64,000 nucleotides of DNA from an uncultured delta proteobacterium (GCA_963785725.1 CAWAWS010000004.1:159739-223738), one strand, 5' to 3'. Numbered from the stretch's first letter, positions 50,750 to 62,170 are shown. Made by a program: numbers and translations. The notes: a model not told the origin generated them from the sequence alone.

Positions 50750-53700
50750 TTACGGCGTGTAGATGTTGGCGGCGCCGGGCGTGATCGTCTTCGTGACCTT
50801 CAAGTCGGCCGTGTCGTTGTTGGTCTTCTGGCCGTTCGGGTTGCGAATGATCGACGCCGCCACCGACGAGCTGTCGATGAGGCCGGGCGGCGTGCCTTGG
50901 TTCAAGTCGACGGTGCCGGTGATGCCGGTGATGGTGGCCGCCGGCACGCCGCCGACGCCCCACGCCAGCGCGTCGACGATGGTGTTGGTCGACGTGTCGA
51001 GGAGCACGATGGCGCCGACGTCGGTGCCGTTGGTGATGTTGTCCTGCGCGGCGGCGAAGTTCACTTTGATGACGCCCGCGGGCACGGTCATCGCCGGCGG
51101 GCCGAGCACGAGGTAGTTGCCGGCGGTGAGCGAGCCGGTGAGCGGATAGCGCTTGTACTCTTTGGTGGCGTTGACGAGGACGACCGAGAAGGTGCTCAGA
51201 TCCGCGTCGATCTTGCCCGGGTTGTAGATCTCGATGAACTCGGCGGTGTCGGTGCTGGGCTGGTTGTAGTCGACCTCGTTGACCACGGGCGCGGTGTAGA
51301 TCGAGACCGACGCCGTCAGCGTGACCGCGCCGAGCGCGGCGGTGATGGTGTCGGTCGTGGCGCCGGTCGCGCCCGGCTGCGTCGCCGTGAACGTGCCCGT
51401 CAGCGTGTCGGGCGCCGTCGTCAGCGTCGAGAGGATCCAGCCGTTCGCCGACAAGAGGTTCAGCGGCGGCGGCGTGGCGCCGATCGGCAGCGAGAAGGTC
51501 ACCGCCAGCGGGGCCGCGTCGCCATAGTCGGCGACGTGCGACGTCTTCGGCGTCAGCGACACCAACGCCGGCACGTCGAGCGTGCCGTCGTCGAGCACCT
51601 GCACGGTCGCGGTCATCGTCGCGCTCGCCAACGTCGCCGTCACCGTAATCGGCGTCGTGTTGCGCACGATGCCGGTGACCGGCACGACCACCGAGCTCTG
51701 GCCCGCCGGCACAGTCACCGTCGCCGGCACGGTCAGCGTCGTCGGATCGGACGACGTCAGCGCGACGTCGGTCGCCGTCGTCACGACGCCGCTCAGCTGC
51801 ACCGTCAGCGGCGCCGACGCCGGGATGGTCGGCAGGCTCGTATAGCCGACGCGCGTGAAGCCGTTGGGCCCGAGCGCGGTCAACACCGGCGCGCCGAGCA
51901 CGTAATCGGCGGCCGCGCGCGGCTCCAGCTTGGAGTTGGCGTTGCGGAAGGCGAGGATGCCGGTGAGCGTCGTGTAGTTGACGCCGACGACGGGCAGCGG
52001 CAGCGTCGTGAACAACAGATCGTCGACGCGCAGCGAGGTGCCGACGACGAACTCGTTGGTCGGGGCCGTGTCGCCGCCGGCGGGCGCGGGCGCGATGTCG
52101 GTGACGCTGACGTTGGCGACCTGCACGAGCGCGCCTTCGAGCGCCGTGGCTTTGGCGCCGCCCGTCGTGACGTCGTCAGCCGTGACCAGCACCGGCGGCG
52201 GCAGCGCTTCGACCGCGCCGTTGTTGAGGATGGTCGGCGTGCCGTACTCGAGCTCGATCTCGCCGTGGAAGTTGGTGACCTGCGCCGGATTGACGTCGAC
52301 GCGCTGGCCCGGCAAGAGCTTCACGCTGGCATCGAGCGCGCCGTAGACATAGAGCCCCGAGTTGTTGGCGTCGACGTAGCCCGGATCGCTCGGCGCCACC
52401 TGCACGAAGAACGCGGCCACGTGGCCCGTCTGATTCGCGCCGCTCCACTGCACCGCCGTCACCAGCGCGTTCGTGAGGCCGACCGTCGTGTTCAGGAGCG
52501 CCGTGTTGGTCTTGATGTCGTAGATCGAGGCCGGGCACGCGAGCGTGCCGGCATTGGGGGTATTCGGGCAGGCGTCGCAGGCGTCGCCCTTGCCGTCGGA
52601 GTCGCTGTCCTTCTGGTCGGCGTTGGCGATGGTGACGCAGTTGTCGACGTTGTTGAGCACGCCGTCGCCGTCGAGATCGTTGGGATCGACTTTGGCGCAG
52701 GTCATGGCCGCCTTGTCGAGCGGGCAGGCGTCGCACATGTCGCCGATGCCGTCGCCGTCGGCGTCCGCCTGCACGCCGTTGTCGACGGGCCGAATGGGGT
52801 TGAACACCATCGGGCAGTTGTCCATCGTGTTGGGCACGCCGTCGCCGTCGGAGTCGGTGGCGCTGGGCATGCCGGTGTAGATGGTCGAGCCGTTGACCGA
52901 CGCCGGACGCACCGGCGCGCAGCTCGGCTCGGCGTCGGGCACGCCGCAGAAGAAGTTGGCGTAGTTGGCCGCATTCGCCGTCTGAAGCGCGCTGTAGGTC
53001 GTCTTGACGTCGCTCGTGCACAAGGCCTTGTTGGCGCTGCAGACGCTGAGCGTGTCGCAGCCGGTGGCGAGCGCGTTGACGAGGGTGGCGTCGCCGTACA
53101 GCGCCGTGCCCGAGCGCTCGACGAGCAAGACGTCCTGCGGCTGCGCGTCGAGGATGGCGCGGTGATCCTTGTTCGTCGTGCCGTCGAAGATGGCGAGGTC
53201 GCCCTGCTTGCCGACGTCGAGCGTGCCGAGGACGTCGTCGAAGTGCGCGCTGGCGGCGGCGTTGCGCGTCACCATCAGCCACAGATCCTCGTCGGTGAAG
53301 TAGTTGCCGTAGTAGGTCTTGTTCCAGGCGTCGGCGCAGGCGATCTCGCGCTGCAGGTTCATCGAGCCCGAGTAGGTCCAGTCGGTGCCGAGCGCGATCT
53401 GCACGCCGAGCCGCGCCGCGACGGTGATTTGCGCGGTGTTGCCGTAGAGGCGGGTGTTCGAGCGCGGCGACCAGACCATCGCCGTGCCCGTCTGCGCCAT
53501 GATCTTGTAGTCGGGCGGGGTCAAGCCGACGGTGTGCACCATCGACGTCTGCGGCATCGTGATCGTCTCGCTGCCCGTCTGGCCGCCCGACAAGCACAAG
53601 AACTCGTTGCGCGCGACCGAGTCGATGCCTTCGGAGACGTGGCCTTGGTACGACGCGTCCTCGTCGAGGTCGAACATCACCGGCAAGCTCGGGTAGGCGC

Positions 53701-54490
53701 AGCCGGACGTCAGCTGCGTGCCGTCGCTGTCACCGAGCGGGAACGTGTTGTTGTCGACCGCCGCCTTCGACAGACCGCCGTTGTCGGCCGCTTCGTCGAG
53801 GTTGCGCAGGAAGCCGGCGACGCCGCCCGAGCCGATCATGGCCGTCGCGCCGCCCATCATGAAGCGCAGCTCGCCCCACTGCATCTCGGCGGTGGTGGCG
53901 CTGCCGACGGCTTTGATCTTGGTGTGACCGCGCAAGCCTTCGCGCCAGTCGTTGCGCTGCTCGTAGCGCTCGCCGGTGTCGGGCGTGGGCGCGTTCTGCG
54001 TATAGGTAATGTGGTCGTGCGCGTTGATGAGGCCGGGCGACACGACGCCGGTCGGGCAGTCGATGGTCGTCGCGCCCGCGGCCGCCGCCGCTGTCGAGCA
54101 GTCGCACGCCGAGCAGCTGATGACGCCGGTCGTATCGACGAGCACTTGGCCGCCGTGCAGCACCTTGCCGGGCAACAGCACCGTCGCCGTGATGAGCTGC
54201 GCCTTGTTGCCGGTGGCGCCCGGCGTGATGTGGCAGACGGCGTCGCTGAACGGCTTCTCGCTGGCGCGCGCGCACTCGGTCACCACCGGGCCGGTCGATT
54301 GACCGGGCGTCGGCGTCTTCGTGCAGTCGTTCTCGCAGCCGTCGCCGGAGACCTGATTGCCGTCGTCACACTGCTCGCCGGCCTGCACGATGCCGTCGCC
54401 ACAGCGGGCGGTCGGCGTCGGATTTTTGTTTCCAGAGTGTCCGCAGCCGGCGATGGCCAATACAGAAATAAAACAGGTCCAAAAACGCAT
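50750..54490 (-). CDS. Large lipoprotein: Myxococcus Cys-rich repeat, amidohydrolase, thrombospondin type-3 repeats, OB-like region, lamin-tail domain
   Basis: IAGC lipobox; [33 protein letters not shown]; DxDGDGVxxxxDNC repeats; [19 protein letters not shown]. Confidence 0.88.
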   Translation of the reverse strand: MRFWTCFISVLAIAGCGHSGNKNPTPTARCGDGIVQAGEQCDDGNQVSGDGCENDCTKTPTPGQSTGPVVTECARASEKPFSDAVCHITPGATGNKAQLITATVLLPGKVLHGGQVLVDTTGVISCSACDCSTAAAAAGATTIDCPTGVVSPGLINAHDHITYTQNAPTPDTGERYEQRNDWREGLRGHTKIKAVGSATTAEMQWGELRFMMGGATAMIGSGGVAGFLRNLDEAADNGGLSKAAVDNNTFPLGDSDGTQLTSGCAYPSLPVMFDLDEDASYQGHVSEGIDSVARNEFLCLSGGQTGSETITMPQTSMVHTVGLTPPDYKIMAQTGTAMVWSPRSNTRLYGNTAQITVAARLGVQIALGTDWTYSGSMNLQREIACADAWNKTYYGNYFTDEDLWLMVTRNAAASAHFDDVLGTLDVGKQGDLAIFDGTTNKDHRAILDAQPQDVLLVERSGTALYGDATLVNALATGCDTLSVCSANKALCTSDVKTTYSALQTANAANYANFFCGVPDAEPSCAPVRPASVNGSTIYTGMPSATDSDGDGVPNTMDNCPMVFNPIRPVDNGVQADADGDGIGDMCDACPLDKAAMTCAKVDPNDLDGDGVLNNVDNCVTIANADQKDSDSDGKGDACDACPNTPNAGTLACPASIYDIKTNTALLNTTVGLTNALVTAVQWSGANQTGHVAAFFVQVAPSDPGYVDANNSGLYVYGALDASVKLLPGQRVDVNPAQVTNFHGEIELEYGTPTILNNGAVEALPPPVLVTADDVTTGGAKATALEGALVQVANVSVTDIAPAPAGGDTAPTNEFVVGTSLRVDDLLFTTLPLPVVGVNYTTLTGILAFRNANSKLEPRAAADYVLGAPVLTALGPNGFTRVGYTSLPTIPASAPLTVQLSGVVTTATDVALTSSDPTTLTVPATVTVPAGQSSVVVPVTGIVRNTTPITVTATLASATMTATVQVLDDGTLDVPALVSLTPKTSHVADYGDAAPLAVTFSLPIGATPPPLNLLSANGWILSTLTTAPDTLTGTFTATQPGATGATTDTITAALGAVTLTASVSIYTAPVVNEVDYNQPSTDTAEFIEIYNPGKIDADLSTFSVVLVNATKEYKRYPLTGSLTAGNYLVLGPPAMTVPAGVIKVNFAAAQDNITNGTDVGAIVLLDTSTNTIVDALAWGVGGVPAATITGITGTVDLNQGTPPGLIDSSSVAASIIRNPNGQKTNNDTADLKVTKTITPGAANIYTP

Positions 54491-54613
54491 GCGCGCACTG
54501 AACCACAGGCGTGCACGACTGCCAAGCTACGGATTGGCAAACGCAACAAAAACGGGAACCATCGGCTGAGTGACGTCGTCAGACGCGCTACGGCGCTGTA
54601 TGTCGCTGAGGGA

Positions 54614-56256
54614 CTAGCGCTTGCGCTCGGGCAAGGGGCCGATCGTCGGCTGCGGCGCCGGGTTCGGTCGGCCGATGCTCGACGGCGGCGGCGCGCCGAA
54701 GCCGCCCAGCCGGTGGACGACGCGGCCGCCGACCATGGTCATGAGCACGTCGATCTCGCCGAGATGCTCGGGCGCGGTCGTCAGCGGATCGGCCGACAGG
54801 ACGATGAGGTCGGCGAACATGCCGGGGACGAGGCGGCCTTTGTCGTCGCCTTCGCCTTCGGCCGCCGCGCTGCCGGCGGTGTACGCGGTCAGCGCCTCGA
54901 GTGGCGTGATGCGCTCGACGGTGCCGAAGCCGCCGTGCGTGACCGCGGTCTGTAGCGACGCCAGCGGCGACAGCGGCCGCGGCGGCGTGTGCCGGCCCAG
55001 CCAATCGGTGCCGAGGCACAGCTGGACGCCGGCATCGATGAGCGTGCGCAGCGGAAAGGCGTGATCGGAGCGCCATTGCGGCAGCATCGCCGGCGTCGCG
55101 CAGACGATGACGTGCAGCTTGGCCAGCCGCTCCGCCTGCGCGCGCGTCGCTTCGTCGACATGATCGATGCGAAACCAGCGCGTCAGCTCGGGATGCGCCT
55201 CTGCGAAGAGCTCGAGCTCGTCGAGGAACGTCTGCAGCGCGTGGCGCGACAACACGTGCAAGACCACGAAGTGCCCGGCTTTGGCGACGTCGTCGAAGAT
55301 GCGCTGGAAATCGAGCCGCGTCAGCCGCGCCCAGTCGTCGTGGAAGTATTTGGCGCCGTCGACGCGCACCCACTCCGGCGCCGCGGCGTGCCAATCGGAC
55401 GCGTACAGCCGATCGCCGAAGCGCAGGCCGAACGGCACCATGCGCACGCGCACGCCGAGGCGACCCTCCTGGCGCAGCGACTCGAAGATGTCGGGCAATT
55501 CGTCGTGCGCGATCAGCTGCACCGACGTGATGCCGAGCCGCGACAGCTCGCCCAAGAAGCTCACGGCTTCGGCGGCGAGCTCGGCTTTCGGCTGCGCGCG
55601 GACGGCGCGCGCGATCACGATCGACACCTCGCGTCCGCCGATGAAGCCGTGCGGCGCTTCCGACGCTTTGACGTGCGCCAACGCCATCGCGCGATGGTTG
55701 AGCACGCCGCCGTGCCGGCTGACGACGAACACCGGACGGCCGAGAAAATCGAGCGCCTCGGCGCGCTTGACGCCGGCGGGCAGCTCCGGCGTCGTCACGA
55801 ACAGCCAATCGCGCCCGGGTTCCTCGCTGGTGCGCGGTGTCGACGATAGTCGACGCCCGGGTTCCTCGCTGGTGCGCGGTGTCGACGATAGTCGACGCCC
55901 GGGTTCTCGACGGTCGATGGGGCGAGCGCGATGCGCGCCGCTTCGGCGACGGCGGCGAGCCACTTTTTCGCGGGCAGCTCGGGCACGTCGATGCCTTTGC
56001 TGCCGCCGAACGTGATGGCGACGCCGAAGTGCACGTGCGCGTCGTTGAAGCCGGGCATGATCGTGCGCCCGCCGACGTCGAGCTCGGCGGCGTCGGGCCC
56101 AGCGGCGCGGCGCGCGGCCGCTTCGTCGTCGCCGACGTAAGCGACGCGACCGTCGACCACCGCCAGCGTCGTGGCTGTCGGCTGCGCCGGCGACATCGTG
56201 AGCACGTGGGCGTGGGTGAGCACCACGGCCAAGACGGAGAGCATCGCGCGCTTCAT
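54614..56256 (-). CDS. Amidohydrolase-3 family protein; frameshift near 55906 at a 42-bp repeat
   Basis: N-terminal frame MPGFNDAHVH; C-terminal frame GTDW, AYTAGSA, GRLVPGMFADLIVL. Confidence 0.82.
55812..55906. repeat. 42-bp tandem repeat (2 full plus partial) inside the amidohydrolase gene
   Basis: CGCCCGGGTTCCTCGCTGGTGCGCGGTGTCGACGATAGTCGA at 55812 and 55854; partial at 55896. Confidence 0.92.
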
Positions 56257-56280
56257 GTTAGCGCAGCTTTGGCGTTGTGC

Positions 56281-57345
56281 TTACTTCCAGCGGAACAGCT
56301 TGAGCGCCAACGCGAACGACACGACGCCCCACACCGTCACGATCGTCAGCGGCTGCCACAGCTGCAGCGCCGTGCGCCCGTCGATCATGACGCCGCGCAT
56401 GGCTTCGTTCAGCGCCGTCAGCGGCAGCGCGCGAATGACCGGCTGGACGAACGCCGGGAAACGCTCGGACGAGAAGAAGACGCCCGAGAACATCATCATC
56501 GGCAGCTGCACCAAGTTGATGAGCCCGTTGGCGGTTTGCGTATTCTCCGCGCGCGCCGCCGTCAACAGGCCGAGGCCGGCGAACGTCAGCGAGCCCAGCG
56601 TCGCCGTCGCCAAGAGCAGCGCGATGGAGCCGTGGATGCCGACGCCGAACGCCAGCCAGCCGAAGCCGAGCAAGAGCGGCAATTCGCCGAGCAAGAAGAG
56701 GCCGCGCATGGCCGCGAAGGCGATGAGAAAGTGCGACTTCTTCATCGGCGTCGCGAGCAGGCGCTTGATGAGCTTGCGCGTGCGCATGTCGACGATGACG
56801 TAGCCGATGCCCCACATGCCCGACGACATCAAGTTGAGGCCGATGAGGCCGGGCACGAGGAAGTCGATGTAGCGCGAGCCGCGCGCGGTCAATTTGCCGT
56901 CGGCGACGCGGACGGGATCGACGCGGCCGGCGGCGCGCTGCAAGACGTCGTCGACGACGGCGCGGGCCAGGCGCGACTCGGGTCGCGTCGGGTCGTACAA
57001 GTAGCGGCGGGGCGCGCCAATCTCGTCTTTGTCGCCGAAGCCGGGCGCGACGATGATGGCGACGCGGCCGATGCGCAGCGCCTCTTCGGCCGCTTTGCGC
57101 GCCAGGCGCTCGACTTTGACCTCGCCCAATCGCGTCAGCGCGTCGGCGATGGCGCCGGCGTCGTCGCCCTCTTCGACGGCCGCGAACACCTGCTCGGGCG
57201 GCTTGTTGCGAAAGGCGACGCCGAGGACGACCGCGAGCAAGATGGGGAAGACGAACGCCCAAAACAGCGTCGACGGCTCGCGATAGAAGCTGCGCCAGCG
57301 GGCCAGCACCAGCTGCCACAGCGGCGATTCGTGGCGATCATTCAC
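56281..57345 (-). CDS. ABC-2 type permease
   Basis: FWAFVFP, YIDFLVPG, FSGVFF, LPLT. Confidence 0.9.
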   Translation of the reverse strand: MNDRHESPLWQLVLARWRSFYREPSTLFWAFVFPILLAVVLGVAFRNKPPEQVFAAVEEGDDAGAIADALTRLGEVKVERLARKAAEEALRIGRVAIIVAPGFGDKDEIGAPRRYLYDPTRPESRLARAVVDDVLQRAAGRVDPVRVADGKLTARGSRYIDFLVPGLIGLNLMSSGMWGIGYVIVDMRTRKLIKRLLATPMKKSHFLIAFAAMRGLFLLGELPLLLGFGWLAFGVGIHGSIALLLATATLGSLTFAGLGLLTAARAENTQTANGLINLVQLPMMMFSGVFFSSERFPAFVQPVIRALPLTALNEAMRGVMIDGRTALQLWQPLTIVTVWGVVSFALALKLFRWK

Positions 57346-58270
57346 GGAGCTGCCTCCCGGTGAGCGAGACGAAGACGTCTTCGAGCGTCGCGTGGTGCGT
57401 CGACAAGCGGGTGAGCGGCGCGTTGGCCGACGTCAAATGCGCCAAGAGAGCCGGGATCGCCAGGTGCACTTCGTCGACGGTGAGCGCCCACGCGTCGGCG
57501 ACTTTGCGCACGCTGCGCACGCCCGGCAGCGACGACAGCGGCGCCTCGGGCACGGGCACGTCGGAGGTGAACTCGATGACCTGCTGGCCGCCGAGCGACG
57601 CGATCAGCTCGCGCGGCGTGCCGAGCGCGATCATCTTGCCCTGATCGACGACGCCGACGCGATCGCAGAGCCGCTCGGCCTCGTCCATATAATGTGTGGT
57701 CAAGAGCACTGAGCGACCTTCGGCGCGCAGGCCCGTGATGATGTCCCACAGCTGCCGGCGCGACTGCGGATCGAGACCGGTCGTCGGCTCATCCAAGAAG
57801 AGCAGCTCGGGATCGCCGACGAGCGCGCAGGCCACCGCCAGCCGCTGCTTTTGCCCGCCGGAAAGCCGCGAATACCAGGCGTCGCGCTTGTCTTCGAGCG
57901 ACACGAGGCGCATGACCTCTTCGACATTGCGACCGTGCGGATAGAAGCTGCGAAACAGCCGCAACGTCTCGAACACCGTCAGTCGCTCTTGCAAGTGCGT
58001 CTCTTGCAGCGAGATGCCGAGCCGCGCGCGCAGCCACGGCTCGTCGTCCTGCCAGCGCTTGCCGAGCACCTGCACGTCGCCGGCGGTCGGCTGATTCAGC
58101 CCTTCCAGGATTTCGACGGTCGTCGTCTTGCCGGCGCCGTTCGGACCGAGGAGCCCGAAACATTCGCCGCGTCGCGTCGACAGATCGAGCCCGTCGACGG
58201 CGGTGACGGCGCCGTAGCGCTTGACCAACCCGCTGACCTGAATCGCCAGCTCGCTGCGTGGCTCCGGCAT
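57338..58270 (-). CDS. ABC transporter ATP-binding protein
   Basis: GPNGAGKTT, LSGGQKQR, LDEPTTGLD, TTHYMDEAE. Confidence 0.93.
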   Translation of the reverse strand: MPEPRSELAIQVSGLVKRYGAVTAVDGLDLSTRRGECFGLLGPNGAGKTTTVEILEGLNQPTAGDVQVLGKRWQDDEPWLRARLGISLQETHLQERLTVFETLRLFRSFYPHGRNVEEVMRLVSLEDKRDAWYSRLSGGQKQRLAVACALVGDPELLFLDEPTTGLDPQSRRQLWDIITGLRAEGRSVLLTTHYMDEAERLCDRVGVVDQGKMIALGTPRELIASLGGQQVIEFTSDVPVPEAPLSSLPGVRSVRKVADAWALTVDEVHLAIPALLAHLTSANAPLTRLSTHHATLEDVFVSLTGRQLRE

Positions 58271-58395
58271 CCCGTGGTGATAACGAAGCCGGCGCCGTAA
58301 AGCCAGCATTCGTAACGCGCCGCAGCTTGTCGGCAAACGACGTCTGTCGCGCTACCGAAACGTTACGCACGATCGTGATATGCTTTCCGAGCCCC

Positions 58396-59733
58396 ATGGA
58401 AAATGCCACTCGCCGGCTCACCGGGCAGCTCTGTCGGCTCGTGGCGCGCGACGGCGCCGAAGTGCGCCTCATGCACACGTGCAGCGTCGAGATCTTGAGC
58501 GGCCGCGACGTCGGCAAGGTCGCGCAGATCGACAAGCCGCTCTATCGCATCGGCGCGCACGAATCGAACGATCTCGTGCTCGCCGACGACGCCGTGTCCA
58601 AGCATCACCTCGAGGTCGGCGTCGGCAGCGACGGCTATCGCATCGTCGATTTGTCGTCGTCGAACGGCACGTTCATGGGCGGCGTGCGCGTCGCCGACGT
58701 CACGATCTGCGAGCCGGTGACGCTGCAATTGGGCACGACGAGCATTCGCATCGTGCCCGCGTCCGCCGAGGCCGAAGTGCCGGCCTCGACGCGCACGAGC
58801 TTCGGGTCGGTGCTCGGCCGCTCGGTGGTCATGCGCGAATTGTTCGAGCAGCTCGACGCCGTCGCCAAGAGCGAGTGCTCGGTGTTGATCGAAGGCGACA
58901 CCGGCGTCGGCAAGGAGCAGGTCGCCGAGAGCATTCACAACGAATCGGCGCGCCGCGAAGCGCCGTTCGTCGTCGTCGACTGCGGCGCCATCGCCGGCGA
59001 CTTGATGGAATCGGAGCTGTTCGGCCACGCCAAAGGCGCGTTCACCGGCGCCGACGCGGAGCGTCGCGGCCTCTTGCAGCAGGCCGATAGCGGCACCATC
59101 TTCCTCGACGAAGTGGGCGAGCTGCCGCTGCCGCTGCAAGCCAAGCTGCTCGGCGTGCTCGAACGGCGCCGCGTGACGCCGCTCGGCGAGTCGGCGTCGC
59201 GGCCGCTCGACGTGCGCGTCTTGGCGGCGACCCACCGCAACCTGGCGCGCGAGGTGAACGAAGGCCGTTTTCGCGCCGACCTCTTCTTTCGTTTGGCGGT
59301 GGTCCGCTTGCATGTGCCGGCGCTGCGCGAGCGGCTCGACGACATTCCCATGCTCGTCGAAGCCTTTCTCGTCGACCTGCGGCAGCGCGAAGGCGCGCAC
59401 ATCCCGCCGCAGCTGTCGGCGCTCGAGCTGGCCCGGCTGAGCGCGCAGCCGTGGGCCGGCAACGTGCGCGAGCTGCGCAACGCCGTCGAGCGCGCGGCGC
59501 TCAAGCTCGGCAGCCCGACCGCGCGCGACGCCGACGCCGATCGTCCCGAGCCGTTCATGCAGTCGCGCGATCGGTTCGTGGGCGCCTTCGAACGCCGCTA
59601 TTTGACCGACATTCTCGAGCGCTGCGACGCCAACGTGTCGGAAGCGGCACGCCAAGCGGGCGTCGATCGGCGCAACTTTCAACGCCTATTGCGACGGCAC
59701 CACATCATTCCGCGGGAGCTCAAGCGCAAATGA
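58396..59733 (+). CDS. FHA-domain sigma54-dependent enhancer-binding protein
   Basis: FHA VSKHH...DLSSSNGT; GDTGVGKE, ESELFGH, GAFTGA, LDEVGE, GNVREL; C-terminal HTH. Confidence 0.93.
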   Translation: MENATRRLTGQLCRLVARDGAEVRLMHTCSVEILSGRDVGKVAQIDKPLYRIGAHESNDLVLADDAVSKHHLEVGVGSDGYRIVDLSSSNGTFMGGVRVADVTICEPVTLQLGTTSIRIVPASAEAEVPASTRTSFGSVLGRSVVMRELFEQLDAVAKSECSVLIEGDTGVGKEQVAESIHNESARREAPFVVVDCGAIAGDLMESELFGHAKGAFTGADAERRGLLQQADSGTIFLDEVGELPLPLQAKLLGVLERRRVTPLGESASRPLDVRVLAATHRNLAREVNEGRFRADLFFRLAVVRLHVPALRERLDDIPMLVEAFLVDLRQREGAHIPPQLSALELARLSAQPWAGNVRELRNAVERAALKLGSPTARDADADRPEPFMQSRDRFVGAFERRYLTDILERCDANVSEAARQAGVDRRNFQRLLRRHHIIPRELKRK

Positions 59734-59963
59734 AAATCGGCGAGGGTGAGAACGTATTGCGGCGATGTCCGCGCTGTAAGCTGCTCTTCGAAGCGCGCGC
59801 CAACGTCAGCGCCAGCTGTCTCGGCTGCGGCGATCGCGTCGACGGCATGGCGCTGCCGGTGCAAGCGGCGCAAGGTCCGGGCGTGCGCCGGCTGCGCGAG
59901 GAAGAGAGCGTGCCGCACGAAATCCACGATCACGAGCCGACCGAGCCCCTCCGGCGACGTTGA
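59730..59963 (+). CDS. Small zinc-ribbon-like protein
   Basis: ATGA overlap with the activator; CPRC...CLGCG. Confidence 0.6.
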   Translation: MKIGEGENVLRRCPRCKLLFEARANVSASCLGCGDRVDGMALPVQAAQGPGVRRLREEESVPHEIHDHEPTEPLRRR

Positions 59964-60043
59964 CGCGACGTTGACGCGCGACGTCGACGGCAGGGTGAGC
60001 GCGTCACGTGACAGCGCTGGGGTCGCGGCTTAGACTGCCTCCC

Positions 60044-60466
60044 ATGAGCTCGCCTGAGTCGAAGGATCCGAAAGCGCCGGGCGCCGACGTCGTCTCGATC
60101 GAGGACGCGCGGCTCAAGGCGCAGGCCAAGGACGCGCCGTCGAACGCGGCGGAGGTCGGCGAGCCGACGGCGGTGAACGTCGACGCCAACGAGTTCCTGA
60201 AGCCGGTGATGGCGGCGATCGCGCGGGAATTGGCCGGCGTGGCCGATCCCGACGGCACCGTGCGCGTCGGCGGCAGCGACGAGGCCTCGCGGGCGAAGAC
60301 GGCCGCCGTCGTCAAAGGGCTCGGCGTCGGCCTCGGTCAGGCGCTGGCCGAGGCGTTCGGCAAGTGGGCGCAGAAGATCGAGGCGCCGCCCGCCACGATC
60401 GACGCGAAGCCCGAGCCGCCGCCGATGACGACGAACGACGACGACGAGACGAAGAAGCCGAGCTGA
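60044..60466 (+). CDS. Hypothetical protein
   Basis: Coding bias; DVVSIEDAR motif; TAGACT 7 nt before ATG. Confidence 0.65.
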   Translation: MSSPESKDPKAPGADVVSIEDARLKAQAKDAPSNAAEVGEPTAVNVDANEFLKPVMAAIARELAGVADPDGTVRVGGSDEASRAKTAAVVKGLGVGLGQALAEAFGKWAQKIEAPPATIDAKPEPPPMTTNDDDETKKPS

Positions 60467-60886
60467 TTACTTGGCGCGACCGCGACGGCGCAGCTGATTG
60501 CGCCGCTCGGCCGGGTCGCCGGGCTCGATGACGTAGTTCTTGCGCCGCTCGCGCGCCAAACGCCGCTCGCGCGTCAAGAGCGCGCGCAATTCGTCGAGCG
60601 TGCGCGCGCGTGGCCGGGCTTTGTCGGCGATGAAGCCGCAGTTCTGACAGGTGACGACGCGAGCCGAGCCGAGCCGCGTCCAGCGCAAGACCAAGCGGCG
60701 CCGCTCTTTACACGAGACGCACGACGCGCCTTCGGGCAGCGCCGTGCCGCGCCAATGGCGCAGATAGCAGGCGCGACACATGCCGCGCCGCAGGCCGACG
60801 CCGAGCGAATCGGCCGACTTGCGGCACACCGTGCAGCTGGCGGTTGCGCTGGTTCCCGAAGATGCTGACGGCGGCGACGCATCCAT
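60467..60886 (-). CDS. Cys-rich putative double zinc-finger protein
   Basis: Four CxxC pairs (CTVC, CRAC, CVSC, CQNC); basic ERR tail. Confidence 0.7.
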   Translation of the reverse strand: MDASPPSASSGTSATASCTVCRKSADSLGVGLRRGMCRACYLRHWRGTALPEGASCVSCKERRRLVLRWTRLGSARVVTCQNCGFIADKARPRARTLDELRALLTRERRLARERRKNYVIEPGDPAERRNQLRRRGRAK

Positions 60887-61062
60887 TGTCCACACCATCG
60901 CCGCGCAACCGCTCGCACGCAATTTTTTGGACGACCGCCCTCTCGTTTCGAGCCTCGCGTCGCGCGAACGCGGCGCAAGCTGGCGACAAATAACCGTACT
61001 AACTGGGGCCGGCGCTCCCAGCTTCATCGCGTAAAGTGCGCGCGAATACAGACCGAAGTGGT

Positions 61063-61078
61063 GGGCGCGTGATTTGCT
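61063..61078 (+). promoter_or_regulatory. Putative sigma54 promoter
   Basis: GGGCGCG-TGAT-TTGCT; GG(61064-65)-N10-GC(61076-77). Confidence 0.5.
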
Positions 61079-61093
61079 CAGGGTGAGGCCATC

Positions 61094-62170
61094 ATGACCA
61101 AGACCGCCTTGCTGCTGGGTCTGGGAACACTGCTCTTAGTCGCCCCGCCCGTTCACGCCTGCCCCAACGACCGCGCGGCCTTCGTCATCGACGGCATCCG
61201 AGTCGTCCACTGCCTGGCCAACTGCGGCACCGATTGACGACAGTGGTCGACGTCGACCATCGGCGTCGCCGACCGCGAGACGCTGCTCGACGAAGGCTTG
61301 CGCCTGTCCGACAGCCTCTACGGCGGCAGCGGCGACGACGACGCGGCCATGGAAGCGGCCTTCCAAGCCGAGGAGTCGGCGACGGCGACGGCGATGCACG
61401 CCTGGATGCAGTCGCTGGCGTCGGGCCTCCTGGCGCTGCTGGCGGTCGCGCTGGCGGGCGTCGGCTTGGCGCGGCTCGGCCAGATGCGCCGTCCACTCGC
61501 GATGACCGTCTTGGCGCGGCGTCCGGTGCCGGCGGCGGTCGTGCTCAGCCTGTTGTCGCCGGTGGTGCCGCCGCTCGTGTTGATGCACGCCGAGCGCGAG
61601 ATCTTGCCCTCGCCGGTGCTGTTGATGGCGTCGGCGCTGGCTTGCATGGCGCTCTCGATGCTGCTGGCGCGTAAGCGGCTGGCGTCGCGGCTGCGCTGGG
61701 CGGCGATGGGTCGGCTCGGCGGCCTCGAAGACGGCACGCTCGTCCTCGCCGAGCTCGAGCCCAAGAAGCTGTTGCCGCCGCCCGGTGCGCGCGGTCGCGT
61801 CCCCTGGTTCATGGCCGATCTGTCGGCTTCGAGCGACGGCGAATTGGCGCGCGTGGCGCTGGCGCAAGCCGACGTCGACGATCGCGCCGCGCGCATCCTG
61901 TCGCGCCTCGCCAACGGCATCTGCGTCGCCGGCGAGACGTTGACGGTGCTGGGCGCGGCCGTGCGCGTGCCCGCCGATGCCGCGGCCGCCGATCCGCTGT
62001 GCCGCTCGGCGTCGACGCAAGCGCGCGTCGGCCGCGCCACGATCGGCCGCGCCATCGTCGCCGCCGGCACGCCCGCCATGCTGCTGCGCCGCTTGCACAT
62101 CGAGTGCGTCCTGCTCGGCGTCTTGTGCGGCGTCTGCCTCGCCGCCGCCGGTCTCGCCTTCTTCAGCTGA
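61094..62170 (+). CDS. Hypothetical membrane protein interrupted by an in-frame TGA at 61235-61237
   Basis: GAGG then ATG 61094; signal peptide; same frame as ORF 61298..62170, which has several TMs. Confidence 0.6.

Noticed and set aside
54491..54560. Sigma54 promoter for the large amidohydrolase lipoprotein
   Set aside because: TTGGCA is present on the minus strand, but the GC is one base off the required GG-N10-GC spacing.
50675..54955. 1426-aa plus-strand ORF, and similar long antisense ORFs (e.g. 9990..12839, 7246..9381)
   Set aside because: Shadow ORFs of high-GC genes on the opposite strand; Arg/Gly-rich with no recognisable motifs.
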